From: Pseudomonadota bacterium
GTDB taxonomy: Bacteria; Pseudomonadota; Gammaproteobacteria; Pseudomonadales; JADFDG01
Assembly: GCA_049323295.1 (NCBI GenBank)
Contig: JBMOON010000040.1
Coordinates: forward strand, 173,188-237,187
DNA: 64,000 bases
Direction of reading: 5' to 3'
This document shows positions 11,378 to 19,873 of the stretch, in pieces. The notes under the pieces were generated by a model that made no database searches, had not been told where the DNA came from, and saw nothing but the letters and a program-made list of their open reading frames with translations. A program made the translations under genes and the position numbers. The first letter of the stretch is position 1. Each line of letters starts with the position of its first letter.

Positions 11378-12642
11378 GCCGTCTCGCAGAGACGTTTTAC
11401 CTGCCGCGCCAGCAGTTCTTCGTACGGATCGGCCAGTCGCAGTACGCCCAGCGCGAGCACGTCCTGGTGTCGCGCCGCGTGCTCCGGCGACGACGGCAGT
11501 TCGATCTGCAACAGGTGGCGGTTGCCGCTGTCCAGCAGCAGGCGCTCGCCGAGCAGCGGGTGATCGCTCACCGTGTCGGTGACGGTAAGCCGGCCGGCGG
11601 TGCCGGCCTGGGCGCAGATTTCCCAGGTCACGATGGCGCGTTCTTCCGTGCCCAGCGACGGATCGTTGTGCAGCGCGGCGGTGAACTGCAGCGTCATCTT
11701 GCCGCGGGCGCGACGGTCTTCGTTGGTTTCGCGCACTACGCCGAAGAAGAGTTGCGCGCAGCAGACGGCGCGGAACAGGGCTTCTTCCTCGTTGTTGCCG
11801 GCGAGCGGAAACGTTACCAGTCCCTGATGATCGATCGGGCGCTGAACCTGGCCCTGGTAATAGGCGCAGGCGCGCGCCAGCAGGTCGCCGTAGAACGCCA
11901 CCAGCTCGGTCAGCACGCGTGGTGCGAGTCGCTGTTCCAGCGTTGCGTAATTCACGATATCCAGTCGCAGCAGCGGGCCGTCCGGCAGGTCGGCCAGCGG
12001 CGAGGCGGCCGTTTCCGCGGCCGGTCCGGTCGGGGCGGCATCGGCGGTCACCGGTTCCGGCGCGGCAACCGGTGCGGCGATGGTGATGGTCGATGCGCCG
12101 AGGTTTTCGCGTTGCAGGCGCGCCACGAACAACAACAGCACGACGGCAAAGGCAAGCCAGCCGAGCAGGGTGTAATCGAAGCGCGACAGCGCCGGCAGCG
12201 CACCGCGCGGGTCGATGAGGATTTCCACGGTGCCGCGCAGTTCGCTTTCCTCGGTGAGGATATCGGCCGATGCCACCAGCAGATCCGGCGTGACCTGGAT
12301 GGCGCCGGACTGTGCGAGCGGCTGGCGATGACGATCGAAGACGGTGACGCCGACGACGCCGGGCAGATGGGTGAGTCCGCCGGTGATCACGTTCAGGCTG
12401 ACCAGGTCGTCGTGCACCAGATATTCGGCGGCACGCCGTGCCGATTCCGAGGCCAGCGCGCCCCCGAGCTGGGCCGCCTGTTCGTGCACCACGGCCCGCA
12501 CCAGAAACAACGCCAGCAGGGCCGCGCCGAGCAACAGCAGCAGCGAGGTGACGACCACGTTGAACAGTGCGCGCTGCGGCCCGGTCAGCCGCCGGAGCCG
12601 GTCGCGTAGCGTGGTGCGGGCGGGGTTCGCGCTGAAGGTCAC
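11374..12642 (-). CDS. Membrane protein with an N-terminal YtjB/Smp(AhpA)-like module plus a C-terminal ~200-aa cytoplasmic domain of unknown function
   Basis: The layout TM1 (VVVTSLLLLLGAALLALFLV), periplasmic segment (VVGVTVFDRHRQPLAQSGA resembles E. coli YtjB ILDAGVYDEQGDLIARSGE) and TM2 (YTLLGWLAFAVVLLLFV) matches YtjB. It is divergent from serB, like E. coli ytjB. The C-terminal extension is absent from the 214-aa E. coli protein. Confidence 0.6.
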   Translation of the reverse strand: MTFSANPARTTLRDRLRRLTGPQRALFNVVVTSLLLLLGAALLALFLVRAVVHEQAAQLGGALASESARRAAEYLVHDDLVSLNVITGGLTHLPGVVGVTVFDRHRQPLAQSGAIQVTPDLLVASADILTEESELRGTVEILIDPRGALPALSRFDYTLLGWLAFAVVLLLFVARLQRENLGASTITIAAPVAAPEPVTADAAPTGPAAETAASPLADLPDGPLLRLDIVNYATLEQRLAPRVLTELVAFYGDLLARACAYYQGQVQRPIDHQGLVTFPLAGNNEEEALFRAVCCAQLFFGVVRETNEDRRARGKMTLQFTAALHNDPSLGTEERAIVTWEICAQAGTAGRLTVTDTVSDHPLLGERLLLDSGNRHLLQIELPSSPEHAARHQDVLALGVLRLADPYEELLARQVKRLCETA

Positions 12643-12737
12643 TGCGTTCGGTGCCGGCGTGTCGGGGCGGGGGTTTGCTGGTAAAGTTGCAGCCGCTCGA
12701 TATTAAGGCATTTGCCCTCAGCGGAGACATTGCCGGC

Positions 12738-13970
12738 GTGCGCGAAATTCTCCTCATCCAGGTCTCCGGCCACGATCGTCCCGGCCTGCTCGCGGCTTTC
12801 ATGCGCATCCTGGCCCGCAGCCGCGTCACGGTGCTCGACATCGGCCAGGCGGTGATCCACGACGCGTTGTCGCTGGGCGTGCTGGTCGAAATGCCCGCCG
12901 GTGTCGATTCGTCCACCGTGCTCAAGGACGTATTGTTCCAGGCGCACGAAATGGGCGTGTCGGTGCGCTTCCGTCCGGTCGAGGCCGGTTCCTACGAGGA
13001 GTGGGTGGCGACCGAAGGGCAGGCGCGCTACATCGTCACCCTGCTGGCACGCAGCATCACCGCCGAGCAGCTGGCGGAAGCGACCTCGGTGATTGCCGGG
13101 CACGGCCTCACCGTCGAGGGCATTGCCCGTCTGTCCGGCCGCCAGTCGGCATCCGGCGGGCAGGCCGCGAGCCATGCGCGTGCCTGCATCGAACTTGCCG
13201 TGCGCGGCGAGCCGGGACATTCCGCGGACATGCGCCGCCAGTTCCTCGACATTGCACAGCGACTGGACATCGATATCGCTTTCCAGCGCGACAATGCCTG
13301 GCGCCGCAATCGCCGGCTGGTGGCGTTCGACATGGATTCGACGCTGATCGACGGCGAGGTGATCGACGAGCTGGCGCGCCTGGCCGGTGTCGGCGGGCAG
13401 GTGATGAAGATCACCGAGGCGGCGATGCGCGGCGAGCTCGATTTCCAGGAAAGTTTCCGCCGCCGTGTGGCACTGCTGAAGGGTCTCGACGAATCGGCCA
13501 TGCGCAAGGTGATCGATACGATCCCGCTGACCGAGGGTGCCGAGCACCTGATCGCCACCCTGAAAACGCTGGGCTACAAGACCGCGATCCTGTCCGGCGG
13601 CTTCACCTTCATGGGCCATCACCTGCAGCAGCGGCTGGGCATCGACTACGTGTTCGCCAACGAGCTCGAGACGCGTGACGGCAAGGTGACCGGCAATGTC
13701 GTCGGCCGCATCGTCGACGGCCAGCGCAAGGCGGAACTGCTGCGCGAGATCGCGGAGAAGGAAGGTATTTCGCTCGAGCAGGCGATTGCGGTTGGCGACG
13801 GGGCGAACGATCTGCCGATGCTGTCGATTGCCGGCCTGGGCATTGCCTTCCGCGCGAAGCCGTTGGTGCGCGAGCGGGCGCGCCAGGCGATTTCGACGCT
13901 CGGGCTGGACGGGATTCTCTATCTGCTCGGCGTGCGCGATCGCGACCGGATCGAACTGTCGGCGCGCTGA
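12738..13970 (+). CDS. serB: Phosphoserine phosphatase SerB (long form with N-terminal ACT-like domains)
   Basis: HAD motifs are present (VAFDMDSTLI, SGGF, GDGANDLPM). I chose the GTG at 12738 (VREILLIQVSGHDRPGL). It aligns with Pseudomonas-type SerB N-termini and leaves room for divergent promoters. Confidence 0.88.
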   Translation: MREILLIQVSGHDRPGLLAAFMRILARSRVTVLDIGQAVIHDALSLGVLVEMPAGVDSSTVLKDVLFQAHEMGVSVRFRPVEAGSYEEWVATEGQARYIVTLLARSITAEQLAEATSVIAGHGLTVEGIARLSGRQSASGGQAASHARACIELAVRGEPGHSADMRRQFLDIAQRLDIDIAFQRDNAWRRNRRLVAFDMDSTLIDGEVIDELARLAGVGGQVMKITEAAMRGELDFQESFRRRVALLKGLDESAMRKVIDTIPLTEGAEHLIATLKTLGYKTAILSGGFTFMGHHLQQRLGIDYVFANELETRDGKVTGNVVGRIVDGQRKAELLREIAEKEGISLEQAIAVGDGANDLPMLSIAGLGIAFRAKPLVRERARQAISTLGLDGILYLLGVRDRDRIELSAR

Positions 13971-13983
13971 ACGCGCGCCGGAA

Positions 13984-16086
13984 TCACTGCTCGCTGAACG
14001 GGTAGTCCATCTTCGTCGACGGGCCGGCGAAGTAGTAACCCTCGATGTAATTGACGCCGAAGGCCCACAGGGCCTGCAGCGCGGCCGCCGTCTCGATGTG
14101 CGAGGCAATCACCCGCTTGCCGTGACCCTGCACTTCCTTGATGCACTTGGAGATCGCCTGCTTGCCGGCGTCGGTGCCCAGTTCCTGCATGAACGAGCCG
14201 TCGAGCTTGACGTAGGTGACGTCGGGCAGGCTGGCGAGCAGCTTGCTCGGTGCGTGACTCGCGCCGTAGCGGGTGACGGCCGTCTGGATCTTCAGTGCCT
14301 GCACGTCCTTCGTGAACTGTGCAGCCTGTTTCAGGTAGGTGTTGCCGTCGGCTTCGGTGAACTGGAGGATCAGCGACTCGCCGCCGATGCGCGCGGCTTT
14401 CAGCGCCACGCCCAGCCACTGCACGAGTGAGGAGTCGGCCAGCGAATCGGTGGTGAGGGTGATCATGATCCGTGACTTGTGGCCACTGTTGTTGTGTTCG
14501 GCCAGCACCTTCAGGCCGTTCAGGATCACCCAGCGGTCGATCTTGGTGTTCAGGTTGCCGGCAGCTGCCGCCTGCAGGAAGTCGGCCGGTTGCAGCTCCT
14601 TGCCTTCGAACGGCAGCCGCAGCAGGACTTCGTAGGTTTCTTCGTTGTTGTCCTCGGGATTGAGGATCGGCTGGTAGTACAGCTTGAACTGGTTCTGCTC
14701 GAGCGCGACCTGCAGGTGTTTCGCCATGCCGGCGGCGGTCGACGAATCGATCAGGTCGGTCGGCTTGAAAACGAACACGCCGTTGCCGGTACCGTTCTTC
14801 TGGCGGACCTTGACGGCGGCGTCGGCGGCATAGGAAAGGGCCGCCTGGCCATCGGCGGTGTCTTCGTTGAGCAGCGTGGCGCCGATGGATGCCGTCACGT
14901 GCAGCGTTTTCTTCTGCGCCTCGAACATCTGCTCGTCGATGATCTTGCGGATCTTCTCGGCGAATTCCTGTGCCTTGCCCACGTCGTTGATCGGCACCAG
15001 GGCGGAGAAGATGTCGTCGCCGAAGCGGGCGAGCACGCCGCTGTTCTCCGGCACGATGGCGCGCAGCAGGTTGGCAATGGCGGTGAGCACGGCATCGGCA
15101 CCGCCGATGCCGACCGAGGTGCGCAGCTTGGCGAAATCGTCCAGCTGGATGAACAGCAGGGTCGTTACCGATTTCTTCGCCTTGGCGGCGGCGGCCGCAG
15201 CATCGACCTGCTCCATGAAGTACTGGCGGCTGCGCAGCCCGGTCAGCATGTCCTGGGAAGCGGCTTCCTTCAGGCGCGCCTCGAGTTCGGCATCGCTGAG
15301 GCCGCCGGCCGCTGCCGTGCGGATCAGGATCTGCGTGCAGGGCTCGCCGTCGTAGATGGCCTGCGAGAACGTCATCCTGGCTTCGAACTGGGCGCCGTCG
15401 GTGCGCAGGCAGTTGACGGTGATCTCGTGCTTGTCGCCCTGCTTGGCCGAACGTTGCAGGCGCAGTGCTTCCTTGATCTCCTTGTGGCTGCCCTCGACCA
15501 CCAGATCCATGATCGGCACGCCGGCGAGTTCGTCGGAGTCGCTGTAGCCGAACAGATCGAGATAAGCGCCGTTGGCCTGCACGTGCATGCCGTCGGTGAC
15601 ATAGGCAACGGCGTCCTGCGCGGTGTCGAGCAACATCTCCGAGCGCTTTTCGCTCTCGCGCAGGTCGCTCTCCAGACGCTTCTTTTCGCGCAGCACCGCC
15701 AGGTTGCCCATTTCGCGCTCGAGCACCAGCAGCAGGCGCTCGGTCTCGCCGCGCGGCACCACGTCCCGGACGCCGGCCTTCAGGCCGGCGAGGATGGTGG
15801 CGGACTGGTTGTCGTCGGCCAGCATGAGCACCGGCAGGTCCCTGCCCAGTTTGCGGACTGCCGCGACCGCCCTGGCCGGGGTGCAGCCGCCGACATCGGG
15901 ACGGACCAGCAGGGCATCCCATTCGCCGCCTTTCAGCAGCGATACGAGGGTTTCCTCATTGCGCGCAAAATCCGCGCGCGCGGCCTTGCCGGCCTTGCGC
16001 AGCGTATTGAGCAGCAGCTCTGCCTCGTCCTGGGACTCGTGCAGCAGAAGGAGCCGGACTGTGTCGATGACGGGTTGCTGACTCAT
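13984..16086 (-). CDS. fimX: FimX-like REC-PAS-GGDEF-EAL c-di-GMP-binding protein (degenerate GGDEF and EAL motifs)
   Basis: 700 aa with an N-terminal receiver-like domain and a PAS segment. The GGDEF position reads RFGDDIF and the EAL position reads YEVLLRL. This is the same degeneracy pattern (GDSIF / EVL) and the same position next to serB as P. aeruginosa FimX (from memory). Confidence 0.8.
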   Translation of the reverse strand: MSQQPVIDTVRLLLLHESQDEAELLLNTLRKAGKAARADFARNEETLVSLLKGGEWDALLVRPDVGGCTPARAVAAVRKLGRDLPVLMLADDNQSATILAGLKAGVRDVVPRGETERLLLVLEREMGNLAVLREKKRLESDLRESEKRSEMLLDTAQDAVAYVTDGMHVQANGAYLDLFGYSDSDELAGVPIMDLVVEGSHKEIKEALRLQRSAKQGDKHEITVNCLRTDGAQFEARMTFSQAIYDGEPCTQILIRTAAAGGLSDAELEARLKEAASQDMLTGLRSRQYFMEQVDAAAAAAKAKKSVTTLLFIQLDDFAKLRTSVGIGGADAVLTAIANLLRAIVPENSGVLARFGDDIFSALVPINDVGKAQEFAEKIRKIIDEQMFEAQKKTLHVTASIGATLLNEDTADGQAALSYAADAAVKVRQKNGTGNGVFVFKPTDLIDSSTAAGMAKHLQVALEQNQFKLYYQPILNPEDNNEETYEVLLRLPFEGKELQPADFLQAAAAGNLNTKIDRWVILNGLKVLAEHNNSGHKSRIMITLTTDSLADSSLVQWLGVALKAARIGGESLILQFTEADGNTYLKQAAQFTKDVQALKIQTAVTRYGASHAPSKLLASLPDVTYVKLDGSFMQELGTDAGKQAISKCIKEVQGHGKRVIASHIETAAALQALWAFGVNYIEGYYFAGPSTKMDYPFSEQ

Positions 16087-16100
16087 TTACCAAACCGATG

Positions 16101-16126
16101 GGTCCCGCCCGACGCTGGGCGGGACC
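16101..16126 (-). terminator. Intergenic GC hairpin between the PilZ-like gene and fimX (possible attenuator or terminator)
   Basis: GGTCCCGCCC (16101-16110), loop GACGCT, GGGCGGGACC (16117-16126). Only a weak T-run follows on the minus strand. Confidence 0.3.
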
Positions 16127-16179
16127 GGGGATTGTGACGCATGTCCTGCCATGAAGGTACGTACCGCCGGGCGGGGGGG

Positions 16180-18021
16180 TCAGAGGCTGGACCAGATCGA
16201 ATCGAAATCCTCGCCGGCCGGGGCATCCGCCGACCCGGAGGCCGGGGTGCCGCTGTCCGGCTTGTCGAGCTCGCGGAACATGAATTGCCGGAAGCCGGCC
16301 GTGGCATTCAGTTGCCGGTACAGGGCTACCCGGCGTTCACCCCCGCCCAGGTTCACCTGCACCTTGTAGCCGGTGCTGAAAGCGATGGCGGGCGTCACCA
16401 GGGTCGCCTCCTGGCCGATGGCCCGCAGCTCCGGCAGCAGCAGGGTCCGCATCCATTCGGTCACTTCGCCGTTCTGCTTGACCACCCGGGTACCGCAGGG
16501 TGTGGCCTTGGGGGCCAGCAGCTCGATGCCCAGCTGGGCGCCCTTGCCGGTCAACTGCTTGACCCAGCGGATCACGCCGACACTCCAGGACGGTGCACCG
16601 GGTTCGCGCAGGCCGATAAGTTCACCGGTGCGGATGTGCGGCGGCATGTCGCCGGCCCACTCGATGCAGTAGCCACCGGGGCTGCTGTTGACGATCGAAC
16701 ACTGGTAGCTGTCGAACTTGATGCGCTGTTCCTGGTTGCGCAGGTGCTCGGCGAGCCGGCTGTCGACCTTGTCGAGCGCGATGTGGGTGAAGTCGAGTTC
16801 GTCCGACATCCGGTAACCGCCGGCATCGAAGGCCTGCGACCAGGCGTCGTTGGGATCGATCTGTTCACCCATGCGGCCGGCGCGCGAGCGCATGAACGGG
16901 TTCTCGCGGTTTTCCAGCAGCACCTGCATGCGGTTGCCGCGCATCAGGACATCGAAATCGACGCCACCGGAGAGGAAGTAGTGCATGGCGCCGAGGCCGA
17001 CGCAGATGTCGATGGTGCCGTTCGCCGCCAGACGCTGGAAAGCGCGTTCGGTGAGATTGCCCCAGGCCTGCGACAGATGCAGCGCGAGTTCACGGGTGAA
17101 CCCGCGGGGAAATGCAAAGTCGGCATGCTTCTCCGGCAATTGGCCGCTGTCCGCCGCCAGCTTCAGGCGGTTGGAAAGGGTTTTGGCGTCGATCGACCGC
17201 AGTGTCGAGCCGTCGCCCTGGTGCTGCGAGGCGAGCTTGCGGTAGGTCGGCGGGGCGTCGATCTGCAGGTCGAAGGCGAAGATGTCGGTGTTGTCGCGGG
17301 TGTCGTTGATCTGGGCCAGGCCGCACCATTCCTCGGTGGCATCCCAGACCATCTCGATTTCCTGCTGCCGGAGCTGGTTGGGCCGTGCCGTGGCCAGCAG
17401 CAGCGCGCGGACGTAACAGTCGCGGATGGTGGACGACTGCACGCGTTTGAAGGCGCGGTCTTCCACTTCCAGCGCCGCCAGTTCGTGGCCTTCGGCCAGC
17501 AGGTAGAGCTGGTGCAGCTCGAGCCAGTGGAAGCGTGGCGTGGGCAGATACAACTGGTAGCCGCGGAGCAGGATTTCGCCCATGCCGGTGATCGCGCGGT
17601 GGATCGCGGTGGTGGCGATGCGCCCGATGTCCTTTTCCTTCGCGCGGCGCACGGTGTCGATCGCCACCAGCTTGTAGCCGACCGCGATGTGCACCTGCAG
17701 CGCCTGCGCCAGGCTGGCGATCTTGCGCTGTTTTTCCGGCAGCACGACCGATTGCCCGAGGTAGTGCTTGCCGAGCTGGCGTTCGACGTGCAGCACGGCC
17801 GGACGGATGCATTCGAGCAGCGCGAAACGCGACCGGCCGTCGGTGCGCAGCCGGTTCAGTTCCTGCACCAGCTGATAGAGCAGGCGCGACGACTCGCCCA
17901 CGTTGACCATCGGCAGCGCATCAACCCACTCCTGCATTTTCTTGGGGTTGGTGCTGCCCAGGGTCAGGTGGTTCAGATCCTGCTCCGGCAGGCGGAGGCG
18001 GATGCGCTGGGGTTGCTCCAT
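16180..18021 (-). CDS. Large conserved hypothetical protein with a PilZ-like C-terminal beta-barrel segment
   Basis: ORF 16180..18090(-). Start set at MEQPQRIRL (18021). The C-terminal region contains NSSPGG, which fits the PilZ (D/N)xSxxG motif, followed by a PilZ-like strand pattern (TGELIGLR, WSVGVIRWVKQLTGKGAQLGIELL). The upstream RxxxR motif is non-canonical (RNQEQR). Confidence 0.6.
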   Translation of the reverse strand: MEQPQRIRLRLPEQDLNHLTLGSTNPKKMQEWVDALPMVNVGESSRLLYQLVQELNRLRTDGRSRFALLECIRPAVLHVERQLGKHYLGQSVVLPEKQRKIASLAQALQVHIAVGYKLVAIDTVRRAKEKDIGRIATTAIHRAITGMGEILLRGYQLYLPTPRFHWLELHQLYLLAEGHELAALEVEDRAFKRVQSSTIRDCYVRALLLATARPNQLRQQEIEMVWDATEEWCGLAQINDTRDNTDIFAFDLQIDAPPTYRKLASQHQGDGSTLRSIDAKTLSNRLKLAADSGQLPEKHADFAFPRGFTRELALHLSQAWGNLTERAFQRLAANGTIDICVGLGAMHYFLSGGVDFDVLMRGNRMQVLLENRENPFMRSRAGRMGEQIDPNDAWSQAFDAGGYRMSDELDFTHIALDKVDSRLAEHLRNQEQRIKFDSYQCSIVNSSPGGYCIEWAGDMPPHIRTGELIGLREPGAPSWSVGVIRWVKQLTGKGAQLGIELLAPKATPCGTRVVKQNGEVTEWMRTLLLPELRAIGQEATLVTPAIAFSTGYKVQVNLGGGERRVALYRQLNATAGFRQFMFRELDKPDSGTPASGSADAPAGEDFDSIWSSL

Positions 18022-18190
18022 GGATGGTGGGTGTCCGCGCGGGGGCCGGGGGTTCCGGTGCTGTGAACGTTTGTCAGATATCCTCGCCAACTTCCTGATA
18101 CGACAAGCAAAGTGGCGGCTGACGGCCCTCCACTATAGCGGCTGGACGGCCGGCAATGCCAATACCTCCTGCGCCGATGGCGGCGCCGCA

Positions 18191-19228
18191 TCACCAGCGG
18201 AAGACGACCGGCGTTTTTGCCGGACGATCGGGGATCTCCCGCACCAGGCGGGGCACGAGATAGCCCGGCAGGCTGGCGGTCAGCTCGCGCATCAGTACCA
18301 GGGCCTGTTCTTCCGGGACCTCGAAATGGGCCGCCCCTGCCACCGGGTCCAGCAGGTGCAGGTAATAGGGCAGAACCCGGGCGGCGAACAGGGCGCGGGA
18401 AAGGCCTTCGAGGGCGGCCGGCTCGTCGTTGACACCGCGCAGCAGGACAGCCTGGTTCAGCAAGGTCACGCCCGCCGCGGCCAGCCGCTCCATGGCGCCG
18501 CGGACTGCCGCGTCGATTTCCTGCGGATGGTTGGCATGTACCACCATCACCGGACGCAGGCGGCCGGCGGTCAGCAGCCCGGGCAGGGCTTCGTCGACCC
18601 GGTCGGGGATCACCACCGGCAGCCGGGTATGAATGCGCAGGCGCTGCAGGTGGGGGATGTCGTCCAGCTGCCGGACTATCCATGAAAGTCGGCGATTACT
18701 TACCAGCAAAGGGTCGCCACCGCTCAGGATGACCTCGTCGATCGACGAGTCAGCGGCCAGTTCGGCAAGGATCTGCTCCCAGCGGGCGCTGTCCGGGGTG
18801 TTGTCTTCATAGGGGTAGTGCCGGCGAAAGCAGTAACGGCAGTTCACGGCACAGGCGCCGGCGGCGATCACCAGTACCCGCCCCCGGTATTTCTGCAGCA
18901 GGCCGGGACCGCGCCGGTGTTGCCGTTCGGCCAGCGGATCACCGCTGAAGCCTTCCGCGGCGAGCAGTTCCTCGCCCAGCGGCAATACCTGACGCAACAG
19001 CGGATCCCGGGGATTGCCGGGCTGCATGCGGCGGACGAAGTCGCGGGGGACCCGCAGGCGGAAGCTGCGGTCCGCGGCCAGGGCAGCCGGCAGCAGGGCC
19101 GGATCCAGTGCCAGCAGCCCGAGCAGTTCCTGCGGATCGGTGATGCAGTCCGAGAGTGCCTGCTGCCAGCGGGCCGTGGCGGCCGGCCCGGAACCGTCGT
19201 GTCTGGAAAATGCCGCCTGCGGTATCAT
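18191..19228 (-). CDS. epmB: EF-P beta-lysylation protein EpmB (lysine 2,3-aminomutase-like radical SAM)
   Basis: [11 protein letters not shown] radical-SAM cluster motif. 345 aa. Divergent from efp. Confidence 0.9.
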   Translation of the reverse strand: MIPQAAFSRHDGSGPAATARWQQALSDCITDPQELLGLLALDPALLPAALAADRSFRLRVPRDFVRRMQPGNPRDPLLRQVLPLGEELLAAEGFSGDPLAERQHRRGPGLLQKYRGRVLVIAAGACAVNCRYCFRRHYPYEDNTPDSARWEQILAELAADSSIDEVILSGGDPLLVSNRRLSWIVRQLDDIPHLQRLRIHTRLPVVIPDRVDEALPGLLTAGRLRPVMVVHANHPQEIDAAVRGAMERLAAAGVTLLNQAVLLRGVNDEPAALEGLSRALFAARVLPYYLHLLDPVAGAAHFEVPEEQALVLMRELTASLPGYLVPRLVREIPDRPAKTPVVFRW

Positions 19229-19235
19229 GCGCGCC
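19223..19235 (+). promoter_or_regulatory. Candidate -10 plus GC-rich discriminator upstream of efp (TATCAT GCGCGCC)
   Basis: TATCAT at 19223-19228 followed by GCGCGCC, about 55 nt upstream of the efp ATG. Resembles the TAGAAT-GCGCGCC modules elsewhere in the window. Overlaps the epmB start codon. Confidence 0.3.
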
Positions 19236-19284
19236 TTTCGTCAGCAGGCGGGCGCCGGTGCGACCGCGATCAGAGGGTAAAGAG

Positions 19285-19854
19285 ATGGCGACGTATTCTA
19301 CCAACGAATGGAAGGGCGGCCTGAAGGTCATTTACGAAGGCGATCCCTGCGTCATCATCGAGAACGAATACGTGAAGCCGGGCAAGGGTCAGGCCTTCAA
19401 CCGCGTACGGATGAAGAACCTGAAGACCGGCCGCCAGTGGGAAAAGACCTTCAAGTCCGGTGAAGCGCTGGAAGGTGCCGATGTCGTCGATCGCGAGATG
19501 CAGTATCTCTACAACGACGGCGAATTCTGGCACTTCATGAACACCGAGTCGTTCGAGCAGCTGCAGGCTGACGCGAAAGCGGTGGAAGACGCCGAGAAGT
19601 GGCTGAAGGAAGAAGACATCTGCACCGTCACCCTCTGGAACGGCGTACCGCTGACCGTGGCGCCGCCGAATTTCGTCGAGCTTGAGATCGTCGAGACCGA
19701 CCCGGGCGTGAAGGGCGACACCGCCGGTTCCGGCGGCAAGCCGGCCAGGCTGTCGACCGGCGCCGTGGTGAAGGTGCCGCTGTTCGTGCAGCAGGGCGAA
19801 GTCATCAAGGTCGACACCCGCACCGGCGAGTATCACTCCCGCGTCGGCAAGTAA
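19285..19854 (+). CDS. efp: Elongation factor P
   Basis: [38 protein letters not shown]. The modifiable Lys is in the KPGKGQA loop. 189 aa. RBS AGAG is upstream. Confidence 0.97.
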   Translation: MATYSTNEWKGGLKVIYEGDPCVIIENEYVKPGKGQAFNRVRMKNLKTGRQWEKTFKSGEALEGADVVDREMQYLYNDGEFWHFMNTESFEQLQADAKAVEDAEKWLKEEDICTVTLWNGVPLTVAPPNFVELEIVETDPGVKGDTAGSGGKPARLSTGAVVKVPLFVQQGEVIKVDTRTGEYHSRVGK

Positions 19855-19873
19855 TCCGTCACGGGTCGGTGCC

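Noticed and set aside
12651-12737. ATG at 12651 as the serB start.
   Set aside because: It would leave only 8 bp between divergent start codons. The extra 29 residues (MPACRGGGLLVKLQ...) are not SerB-like. The GTG at 12738 gives the conserved ACT-domain N-terminus.
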